From NCBI GenBank assembly GCA_963924565.1, contig OZ004609.1:7502001-7566000 (forward strand): a stretch of 64,000 nucleotides of DNA. Direction: 5' to 3'. The number at the start of each line of letters is the position of its first letter. Positions within the stretch are counted from its first letter, which is position 1. The DNA is from Ascidiella aspersa (taxonomy: Eukaryota). This document shows positions 1 through 10,500 of this stretch, in pieces. The notes under the pieces were generated by a model. That model saw nothing but the letters and a program-made list of their open reading frames with translations. It had not been told where the DNA came from and did not search any database. Both the position numbers and the translations under genes were made by a program.

Positions 1-1203
1 TACCAAATTGGCGCAAGAGACACCAATTATTATCACTATCGTTTAGGAGGCCAAGATTAGTGTTTTTTATAATTAAACACAACACGTGTAGTTCTAAAAT
101 CTAGACTGCGTATAGCAGTAGAAAGAAATGCGTCCCTACGGTCGTGGAATAGACAAATCTCTGTGCAATATAAATATAGCAAATTAAAATAAAAACACTA
201 ATTTTTGTTTGAAGCCGTACTTTATATACCTTTTGCCCAAACGCAATTGTTGTATCTACATCGGGGTAGACTTTTAAATAAATTGTATTTAGTGCTTAGC
301 CGCAATATTTTTGTGATGTTTTTTGTTTCTTTTGTTTTCATATATCTCAATTGAAATATTTTTAGTATCAGAGCTGATATGCCCGGTGCTAAGTGATATA
401 GTATCGGCACTCGTCCGATATTCTTGTGGTATCGGTGCTAATTTAATCCAACACGATATTGCAATTTGTTTTGCGAGCAAAAGTTGTTAACAGTCAAAAA
501 AGATATTTCAAAATCGTTGTTCATCAACAACCAAGGGTAATTGGGCTTCTCAAAGCTCAAGATCACATTAACCTTGACAAAATGCCTACACACGTTTTAA
601 GTTCGCCAATTTGACTTGTTTGGCCATCGTAGCAACGTTAATCGACTGCGCTTCCGTACTTCGCCCCAAATATCGGCAATCGGAATAAAACACGAAAGAT
701 AGAGAACCCTCTATAGTCACCAAAAGTATTACAGAGCTCTTGGTAACTAACCGTGTTACCGTCTATTTGTGATTTCATACTTGAAGCAATGCACCTGGAT
801 AAACGTTAGTTTTTCGCTACAGTTTTATCTGCAGTTGTTTGTTTTAGACCTAACGAGTCTAACTGTGAAGAAAAAAATGGTTTAGTGTCAAATCACGGGC
901 TCGGGCATTTTACCACAATCTTCCCGGAAACGTTTCTGCAAATCATCGAAAAAAAACCCTGCAAAACGTGAAGAAAGGTGGCAAGAAATGCCACATAACG
1001 TTAGCACTAGTGTCATTTTCTAAAAGACGTTCAACATGCCAGTAACGTAAATTCATCGTTGGGTGACGTCATACTGCTGTGTCGTCCGAGGAAATCTATA
1101 GCTGTAAATTGACAGAAAATTTCTCCAGAGGTTTAGCAAGAGGCACAAAGCAAGGACGAAATAAGCGTCACTGCTTTCGAAAAAAATATTAACGAGAACT
1201 CAC

Positions 1204-1239
1204 CGCAATGCAAGCCAGTAGAACGATCAGGATTCTCAT
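1204..1239 (-). CDS. Copy 0, exon 1 only (signal-peptide exon MRILIVLLACIA); the rest of the gene lies left of the window
   Basis: Same as exon 1 of the other copies: ATG at 1239, GTGAGT donor after 1204, TATATAA at 1305-1311. Confidence 0.88.
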
Positions 1240-1659
1240 CTTCTGCAAGTTTTCTTCCTCTTGTCTTCGAGTGAAAGACTGAAGATGGCTTATTGGTGCG
1301 GCGATTATATAGAGTATCGCGTGGCTTTGAAGAGGTGCTGTTTTTAACAACCAAGAAAAATATTTTTGGGGCCGCTGTTGGAGCACCGGACACCTGAGAC
1401 GCAAAGCACTCTCGACAAATCGCGTCGTGGCCCTCATGCAAGCGCGTTCAGCTAACCTTCAAGTGTAGTTTCGTGCATGCCTGCCACTCTCGCCTGTCAA
1501 TCATCCTGCATCTCGTCTGTGCTGTGAGCCGTTTGTCACATTGATCAAGGGTCTAATCGCGCAGTAATTGCTCTCGGGACGCAAAATTCCGCTAGGTTTG
1601 CGACATCTGAAGTTCCACCTGACGATTGTTGAAGAGCTCTCGTCCAGAGCCGACCTATT

Positions 1660-1856
1660 CCGTGACGATCGAATCGCTGAGGTTTGTATGTTTAAGCACT
1701 ACCTGCCGATGAATCGAGAGCTCGCGCAACAATCAATTCCTCTCGTGCCGATGCAATGTTTTCAACTTGTTATGACGTTGACGATGATGTTGCTATGCCA
1801 CGTGGTGCACACATGTCAAGGGCTAACTAGGAAAATCTACCGGTAATTTTCCACTG
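1660..1856. repeat. Upstream duplicated block, proximal copy (~197 bp; in every unit)
   Basis: Direct repeat of 2331-2526 (ccgtgacgatcgaa...ggtaattttccactg), roughly 85% identical by eye. Confidence 0.93.
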
Positions 1857-1885
1857 TGGTTGGATTCCGCTGACAGTTATCCAGA

Positions 1886-2164
1886 CACTGCAAAAATGGA
1901 TGCTCTCTTAATTAGTTGATGTCTGGATCGCATTTAAGTGAAATGCAGCACTAGGCTACAAAACAATACTATGACTATCAATATCATCACTGTTTACTTT
2001 GATGTAAATCATTCAACACACTAATAAAAGGTGATGTATTTAACTTATCTTTGTTTTTGTCTCAAGCTGTGTCTAAATCAAATAATTTTGTTAATAACGC
2101 TTCAGATGTGTAAGCAAATTATATAAGACCCATTTGTTTTTTTGTCCGATTGGGTTTTACAGTG
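1886..2164. mobile_element. ~280-bp non-autonomous TIR element with CACTG...CAGTG ends (CMC/EnSpm-like MITE); in every unit
   Basis: Left end CACTGCAAAA and right end TTTTACAGTG match at 9/10 as inverted repeats. The interior is AT-rich and non-coding. The flanks GA/TA are an imperfect 2-bp TSD. Confidence 0.55.
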
Positions 2165-2330
2165 TAAATTTCCGAACATCTACATTTTTCCTTGTGTGTT
2201 TCGTAAAATGCTTGCTGCACGTTAAGCCCCAAAGCTGTGTTTTAATTGTTTCAATGTGGTTCGCTACTTCGCACCTTGCAGTAGATACATTTTATTTTAG
2301 GCACCACAATTGGCGCTGTTTTCGAATTAT

Positions 2331-2526
2331 CCGTGACGATCGAACCACTGAGGTTTGTCTGTTTTAAGCATAACCTGCCGATGAATCGAGAGCTCGGGCA
2401 GCAATCAATTGCTCTCGTGACGATGCAATGTTTTCCGGTTGTTATGACGTTGACGATGATGTTGCTATGTCACGTGGCTCACAGATGTCAAGCGCTAAAT
2501 TGGAACTTACTGGTAATTTTCCACTG
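2331..2526. repeat. Upstream duplicated block, distal copy (in every unit)
   Basis: Direct repeat of 1660-1856. Confidence 0.93.
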
Positions 2527-2996
2527 GGATGTATATCAATCAAAGCAGCACTTAGAGTGTATTCGGGTTTTGATTTACCACCTTAGCTTGCCCTGTTAAC
2601 ACGAATTTAGGCACTTTACAACTACTCCTATCTCACATATTTATGGAACATTTCTTTACGACAAACAGTTAACCTAAAGTCTTTTTAAAAACCCAGTTTA
2701 AAAACCTGGGTATGCGTGTGTATGAAGATGGAATTATCTAATTTGATAGGCGCATTATTTCGCTTTAAAAAATACATTTTAATGTTTTTAACAATAGTTT
2801 ATAAAATAAAGTGTTTTTTATCTTGTGTCGATCTTAAACGTATTGTTTAGGTATCACTAATCAGTAACCTGCACTTGATAATTTCGGGGACTTTGGCAAG
2901 TTCTGAACGTTTTAAAATAAATGTAGCAATTATTTTAGCGAAACCGGAAGAAAATACCCTGGTCTGTGTCTGAATTGGTTAGCAAGTATTCAAACA

Positions 2997-3009
2997 CGCC
3001 ACCTAGCAG
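2997..3009 (-). promoter_or_regulatory. CTCF-like motif in the intergenic spacer (in every unit)
   Basis: The minus strand reads CTGCTAGGTGGCG, compared with the CTCF core CCASYAGRKGGCR. Confidence 0.3.
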
Positions 3010-3722
3010 CACAAAGATAATTTAGCAACTGTTACATTTGGCGTTTTTGTTTAAACTTTAGTTGAAATCACTTTTCGGAAAAGCAGCTTTATGTATTGCG
3101 AAGTAGTAATGTTCTTACAACATATCTCCCTTTAAATTTTGTTTTATTCTGTATTTTCTGTTGGAGAAAACGAAATTTAAATATAGTTGTTTTTATTCAA
3201 TTTTCGAGTCATAAATAATATGACTATAGGCCTATCACTTTGCCTCCACTCCAATGCATATTGGCCAAATAGGTGTTTTAGTTTGTATTTATTAAAGGAG
3301 GAATTAAAATATTATCTTAAATGTGCATTTGTTCTGAATATGCTAAAATATATTCAAAATAAAGCGGCTACTTTTTAACATACCCGTGTATGGCAAAGAT
3401 TATTTAGATATTAGTAGGTTTTCTGCAACATATCAGATTTCATGTTGTGCTAAACGGGCTTGAAATGGTTAACTTTTGCATACGCAATAAACTCCTAGAT
3501 TCAATGTAGAGTAACTAAATCATGAAACTTCATTAGGAACATTTTGGTTTATAATTTTTGGCAGTTGAAAAATATTTGTATAATTTTAAGCGCTTAGCAT
3601 ATTTTCAGACAAAACTGCATAAACGTTATTGCTACACTTCATAAATAATATTGTTGCAAAGTTGTATTCAGGTGAAAAGTCAAACAAGGATAAGCATCGA
3701 TGAAGAATACCGCTCGATTTTT

Positions 3723-4052
3723 TGGTTGCGGGGGAGCTGGAAAGGATTGTCTGGCGAGCGGTGATATAGGCAGCTAGTTGAAGAATTTGTGGAAAGTTGC
3801 AGTTCGGGACGGGCGCAAGTGGGTCGGGCTTTGCGGTGAGGGGCAGCCAAAGGGCTTTCGGACAAATTCGGGTTTGCAAAAGGTTTATTTTGTTTCCAAA
3901 ACTGTCTGCGCAACGTTGTTCAGCAGCTAGCTAGCTAGCAGCAAGCAGTTTCACCTTAGGCTCGATTGTTACGTCATAATGCCCTGGAAGGTGGCGAGAT
4001 TCGTATGCGCTAATGCATTAGGGAAAAAGGCCGGTTCAGTATTGGGAGTTTT
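3723..4052. repeat. ~330-bp GC-richer element, copy 3' of the gene (in every unit)
   Basis: Colinear diverged match to 8748-9079. Shared cores include tttattttgt, tgcgcaacgttgttca, ttacgtca-aatgcc, aaggtggcg and gaaaaaggcc. Confidence 0.85.
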
Positions 4053-4338
4053 TTTCTTTGCGATTAGGAGCGTTTATTGGTTTTTGTTTAGTTGTTTATG
4101 TTCGACACAATAAGTCAAAATTTCAAAGTGTTAAACCAAGTTGCGCTTTATTGTTGCTAAAGGGAAAAATAGTTAGAGCTCTAGATTTTATCACATTTTA
4201 GTCGCCATCGAAAATGGGCAAGTTGTTCGAGGGTGCTAACAAACATAAAATGAATGTTGATACTCCTGTTTTATCCTATATCATTAGCAGTATTTCCTGA
4301 AATCAAACAAAACCGTCTGCCCAAAAAAGTCAACTTGA

Positions 4339-4413
4339 AACAAACACAATTTAATGTTGTTATTTTTGTTTTATTTTTCCGCAACGATGTTGGAAATCAA
4401 GTGAAGGTTTATT
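4339..4413 (-). terminator. Polyadenylation region of copy A
   Basis: AATAAA at 4413-4408 (AATAAG in copies C-F). An invariant AATAAA at 4375-4370 is followed about 20-35 nt later by a GT-rich element (ttgtgtttgtttc). Confidence 0.7.
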
Positions 4414-4479
4414 AAGTAAGCCATCACAATTCTAATTGGCACTACGTTTCCGAACATCGTCTGCTGGTTGACGGTATAC

Positions 4480-4534
4480 TCAGCAGAACCTGTAGCGACC
4501 TCCGTAGCAAGACAGGCGGTATCTGTAGGTACGG
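4480..4534 (-). CDS. Copy A exon 11 coding part (CRTYRYRLSCYGGRYRFC-stop)
   Basis: Acceptor ttttctttcAG, phase 2; TGA at 4482-4480; AATAAA downstream. Confidence 0.88.
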
Positions 4535-7500
4535 CTGAAAGAAAACAACAAGGATTAGGTACAAACCAAATATCAGCTTAAAAATTCCAAAACGGTTTGC
4601 GGTTGAATTCTATTGATATGTGTGCCGCAATTTTTCGTTAGAATGGATAGAAGACAATTAACTATATACTAAATGTAAAAAACGCTTCATAAAACGGAAT
4701 AACCTAAGATTAAAAAACAAAAAAGTTTTGCAAACCTTAACGTAACATAACGACAACATTTTCCAAATTACATTACGTAAAGGGCTAGATTCCAATTTGT
4801 TTACATGGGTGCAAAATAGTTAAGACCATAATACTCTCCATCCGAAAGAGATCGTCTTCATAGAACAGAAACACTAAACTATTGCCAATCTTATTGCAAC
4901 GGGAAAACAGCAGGAAAGGTGAAATCAATCTAATTGCAATTAAGTAAATGGCGACTTACCAGTAAGAGCGGTACTTGTAGCGGTAGGTGCAGCCGCTTGG
5001 ATAGCAGATGCTCCACTTGTAGTAGTTGCCGAAGCAGAAGCCGGGGAAGCAGTACCTGGCGATCTTGCATTTGTAACAGCACGAATAATGCTGAACCAAA
5101 GCGGGCAAGTCGGTTTGCCAGCACTCGTCGAACTTGGCAAGGATCTCTTCATCCCTGTATTTGTTCAATGCAGCGAGATATCTGGTGAGGAGTGTGGTGA
5201 CCTCATCGGGCAAGGTTTCGCCGAACATGAACTTCAGCATGCTCGTGTAACGACCAATTTGAACTTGAATGGCCTGGAAAGTGCAGTTTCCAAATAAAAA
5301 CTGGCTCGTTGAATAAAAGGCATTCGCACAGTTTTGCCCAGCGTATGGTGTAGCACTTTTATTTGCGAGTGACCAAAAAACTGAAATCAAGTCCAATGAA
5401 CGCAGAATATTTGTGCAATATTTACTTAATCAACACCGTGTAAATATAATAATACGTTAGACCCCTTATTACTCACATCGTCAACGGCCTTCTTAAGACA
5501 TTCGCGTTGTGCGTCGCGTTTTCCTTCCAACTTTGTCTGATATTCACCGATTGCCGTAGTTCTGTCAGTAAGACACGTTGAGTACTTGGTTTTGACGTCT
5601 TCGATGTAGCCTTCAAGACGCAGTTTGTAGGCGTCGCGTTTTGCGTTGAAGTCTGTCTCGGCATCGTCACGGTAACCCTTGAGCTTTTCCTCGTATTCTG
5701 TCACTTTGCCGTCAACCAAACCTTCCAATTCGCTCTTTTTAGCGTCAACCTCTGTTTGCTGCTCGGTCGTCAGCTCCTTGGAATTGTTGCTGCAAAGTCA
5801 AATAATAACAGTTTAAGCAATTTCAATTAAAAAGTAGTTGATTTTCAGATTTCTGATAACAAGTAGTTGATTTTTGTAAAACAAAGCTCAAGTGATGTTC
5901 GAACCAAAGAACGTCGGAATGGGGACACAAGCAAACTGGAATGAGTTCGAAACTTGGTGAAAGAACGATGTGCTAATGCGGCGATGAAGAAAGCAACTTA
6001 CATGCAATAGTAGTGGTTGATCAATTGGTTGACTTCCCACTCGTCACGAGCCTCGACCACTTCGCGATACTTAGTGGAGTAAGTTGCATGGATACCCTCC
6101 CACTTGAGCTTCCAAGCGTCGAACAAGCCTTGGATTTTAGTGATTGCGTCGTCCTTTGCTGTTGTCATATCCTTAACGGCATCGTCTGCTGTTGGGTTAA
6201 CTGCGTCTGTAAATAGAAGCACAAGTCAAAACAAAATTCATGGCAATATAAGTGTAAACATTGTGCTCCTAAAGAGAAGCCATGGATAGCCGACATTCAA
6301 AAAGTGGTTAAAAATCTATCAAAAGGCGACAAATCGTATTAAACGGCTTTCATGAAAAAGTTTCATAGTTCCTTTAAAAGTCAATTATTGCTTTTGTATG
6401 GCAATAAAAACGTAACTAAAAACAAGGTACAGTATAAATTATTCAAGTTTCGTTTAAAAACTAAACAGAAAGTATCGCATGGTTTACTTACCAACGTCGC
6501 AAGTCTTCAGGCCAGTGTAGCTGACTTTACGCCATCTGTAGCAGAATGGGCCGATGGAGTATGAGCGGACACAATAACTGCTCTTGAAGCAGTACCAGTT
6601 TCTCAGACTGCGACTTTAAACGAAATTAACATTGAGTGGATATTATCTACTGAATTACAACAGGTTTTTAGAAATAATTTACGTGTTTAACATTCTGGTA
6701 AGAGTTTGTCAATTGTAATAACTTTTGTGGCACTTAACCCTTTTCGTATAGGCAGGTTCATATTGACCGTATGAATATTTTGAATAGACAATATAATTAT
6801 GTAGAAAAAAGTACTAGAAATTGTGGAACACGTTTGTTGATATATTTAGTATTTTGTAAAATAGCATTGTTTTATTTATTATTGTGCGATATTCTGTTTA
6901 GTTTTGCAGAATCAAAGCACTCACCATCCATGATAGTAGCTACGCTTGTAGAATTTGAGGTAACAATTGGTGAGGAAGCATCTGTAGGCGCAAGAGTAGT
7001 ACATGACAAGCTTATCCTTATTTTCGTTCAGCTTGGTTTCGTATTCATCCGCCCAACCAGTGATCTTAGCAGTTTCGTCATCGCTGTACTTGGTAATGGC
7101 AGCTTCAATCACCTCGTCGGTCAAATGTGTTTCCGTGTCCAACTTTTCTGTAAATTGTTGCATTGCAATGACATGAGCAGTTATCGCATTGTAAGTTGCT
7201 CGACGTCCAACCTACCGTGAGCGCGTTCAAGGGAGCAACGAAGAGCCGCCTTCTTCTGTTCAAGGATTTTGTTGTGGTATTCGGTGAACTTCGTCTTGTA
7301 GTCGGTCACCTTTTGAGCCAGGGCGGACGTGTACTCACTGATCTTGGTGTTCCTTGTGTTAAGGCATTCGACGGCACTGCAACCAATATTTGACGGTTTG
7401 AATGGCATATAAAAAGGTACTGTGTTTGCTAAATTATAGCACTTGATTTGTCGAGATTAAAATCGTTTTCCACATATCTTGACGTTTACTTAACACTGTG

Positions 7501-10500
7501 ATATATTTATAAACAACTATATGGAATTGCCAGAATGTGCCAAAAAATGTCCTACGGTAATGACTACGTTATCACACATATTAAATTTAAACTTTTTAAA
7601 ATGCCAAATGCAATCGCAGTAAGATTATTGTTGCATATGTTTGGTATTTAGAATTTTTAAGTGAATAAGTATCGAAGGTTTCCAACCGTGAGACCAACTC
7701 CTTGTGGTAATCTTCAACCGCTGTTTTCTTTGCCGCAAGAGCAGTGCCATAATCGCTTTTTGCTTTTGTGACTTTACCGTCGATATCTTCGTTGTAGAGT
7801 CTTATCTTTTCATCCCTTTCGTCGCGAAGTGTTTGTTTATCCGCCTCCTCTTCTTTGGCACTGTTAGAAAGAAAAAAACATTATTACAAGGTTTTGTGAA
7901 TCTTTTTTGTGAAAAAAACAAATAAACATCAAACTGGATCTTTAACAGAAAAAGAAATTTAGCAAAAATTAATGCATCAGGCAGTTTATTGGCCGTACGA
8001 AAATTCGAGTTTGTATGTTTTTTTGTTTAAAATTTTTTAGGCTAATGTTCACCAACAAACATTTCGGACTGTCGTTTTAGCTTTTAAACCAGTGGTTCCC
8101 AAACATGTTTGGCTCGCTGCACCCAAAAAAGTCTTAAGTATTTCGCGGCACACTTTTAACAGAAAACAATAGAGTAATCTTAAAATCGCCCTTAACACAC
8201 GAACTATATGTAAAAGTCTCAAAATTATTAGTTTGTAATGGATAGTGCGTATTTAAGTGTAAAATGATTGTGTATATGCCTATTTGTAATACAAATACTT
8301 ATTACTAAATCATGAAATGTTAATATAAAGAACGTCTAATTACTCAATCAAGTATTTGTAATATGTTTCAATGTGATTCTTGAAGGCATCTTTGTAGAGG
8401 CCGGCACGCTTGTCTAAGTCGGCTTCCCAGTCGGTTTTACGCGAGTCCATCTCTCCAGTGATCCTAGTGTACTCAGTTGAAAGTTCTCCTTCCATTTCTG
8501 TTTTGACTTCGTCGACGGTTTTTTCTGCAAAACAATGGTGATTTTCAGACGGAGAAGCATTACCAAGCTAATACCCTGCATTAAAGAATAACGTTAAGCT
8601 TTTTGCATTCATAAACAGCTTCAACTTACAAGACAAACTTAACTGCTAGATTTTTGACGGTAATGAATAAATAATAAATAAAAGGGGTGGGGCACTGCTA
8701 GATTTAGCACTTGCAGATTATTGCGTCATAATTAAATAAAAACAATGTGGTTTCGAGGGGCGCAAGAGAGTGTTGCCAACAAGGGAGCGGCGAAATGTGC
8801 AGCCAACTGAACAACTCGGTGGAAATCTGTTTTTGGGCTGGATGCCGGAGGGTAATTCGTGGTGGCTATGCGAGGCCAAAGAGTTCCCGAACGAATTTAT
8901 GCGAGGCAACTTCGCAAAAGTTTTATTTTGTCTCCCAAAACCTATGCGCAACGTTGTTCAACAGCTGTCTAGCAGTAACAGTTGACCTAAAGTGCGAGTA
9001 TTACGTCACAATGCCGTGTAAGGTGGCGTGATTTTCTAGTGCTGTAGAGAAAAAGGCCAGTTTAGTAGTGAGTGTATTTCGCAAAAGAAAAAGCAGGCGA
9101 GCACTTTTTCCTTTGCGCATATGCAAGGTTGTTTCATGTTTTAAAGTTTGCATATCTTACGCAGGCTGCTTAAAGTTTAGCAAAAACTTTTAAATTTAGA
9201 GCAACACCAAAAATTATTTATTTAAACAAAATTTCTCCTTACATAAAGCAAAAATGTCTCCTCTAATCTTGTTTTAACGCTCTGCGCCTTGATTTCATTC
9301 TTATTTTTGGCGGTAATTAATTTTAGTTATTCATTGCAAAACTGTATTGTTTTTGAAAACCAGAAATTGGTGATAATCTAAGAAAGCGTCAAACCTTGCC
9401 ATCCCTCTGTCCCACAGTCGCTCTTTGGGTAGTAGCTAAGGATTTTAGTGTAGTAACTGCTCGTGCACCAGCAGCTCTTGAAGTAGACGTTAAACCTCCA
9501 GAAGGTGTAGGGAGGGTAAACGTTGAAATGGTGGGAGCAGTAGTACTTGTAGCCGTACGTATAATAATACGAACCGGCGTTGGCCGCCTGCATTAAACAA
9601 AATGCTGTGATTAGCAAAGTTTTTATTCAGGGAAATTGAAAGTTAAGGTTCCTTGAGCAAATTTATGGACTTAACCTTTACAGTTTTCAGACAAACTTTA
9701 AACAAAGTATATTTTTTATGTATTTGTTTAATCTAAACAATATTCAAAACACAACCAATTTCATTTCAAACCGGCGCTTCTCCTTACCAAGGTAAAAAAG
9801 GCAAACACGCGTGGTTGCTGATAATTTTTATTGGTTAAGCTCAATTTTAACCTCGCAGCAGCCGCAACCAGGATTCCCCGTAGTTGACAAATTCATTAGC
9901 AGGCTTCAATAGGTTGGGCTGCACACATGTTTTCTGTATTCTTAACTAAGATAACCAGTATACCATACGTAAGTAAGTTGCTGAGCACATGTGTTTAGAA
10001 AACCAAAACAGCCTTGAAGCTCTTTTTTTAATTGTTGAAAAACGTACTATACACAAATCGAAAATGGCTAATGAAAATACAACAACAAAAACAACAAGTT
10101 ACGGGTTTTGTTTGAAATATTCAGCAATTTGTTTTATGTTTTACTTGTTTTAGTGCAATACCACAGGCGTTTTGTTTTCAAAAAGAATTTTACATCAATA
10201 GAAGAAAAAAGAACTGAAGAAAAAATTACGAGTTTTAGGCGATAAAACAGTGAGAAATCATTTAAAGGAATAAACATTTAAGGGGATACACTTAAACGCG
10301 CTTTATTATTAGCAGGCTCACTTCCCATCTGTCAACTGTGGGGAATAAAGTATAAAAGTCAAACAAACAACGCGTATATTTCTACTGAATTCGCCTAGAA
10401 TTAGGCGGTATTTCCAACCACTCAACAAAATCAAAACAGTCTCAATAATGGATTGTAGATTGTTGGTAAATTTATCGGGCCTTCAACACATCTAGCCTTG

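Noticed and set aside
222-480. Short minus-strand ORFs repeated in each unit (MPILYHLAPG..., MLAKQIAISC...)
   Set aside because: They lie in AT-rich intron 1, start at non-ATG codons and recur only because the whole unit is duplicated.
1133-1441. Long ORFs extending upstream of MRILIVLL
   Set aside because: They cross the TATA/Inr, change frame between copies because of a 1-bp indel, and the ATG at 1239 gives a proper signal peptide.
1568-2599. Plus-strand ORF pair sharing LPMNREL...QQSI...MQCF
   Set aside because: The similarity comes from the 197-bp DNA duplication. There is no ATG or splice support, and the first ORF is broken by a stop in the last unit.
3709-3762. 8-bp inverted repeat accgctcg/cgagcggt and nearby (GCTA)n run
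   Set aside because: Not conserved in the intron-2 copy of the element, and too short to support a structured RNA.
3586-3913. ORFs within the 330-bp element (also 8718-9031)
   Set aside because: The two element copies do not preserve a common protein sequence or frame, and the intron-2 copy is not needed for the gene's phase continuity.
4930-5297. Ser/Arg/Cys-rich and other ORFs overlapping exon 10, and similar plus-strand ORFs over exons 4-8
   Set aside because: These are alternative-frame or antisense shadows of real exons.
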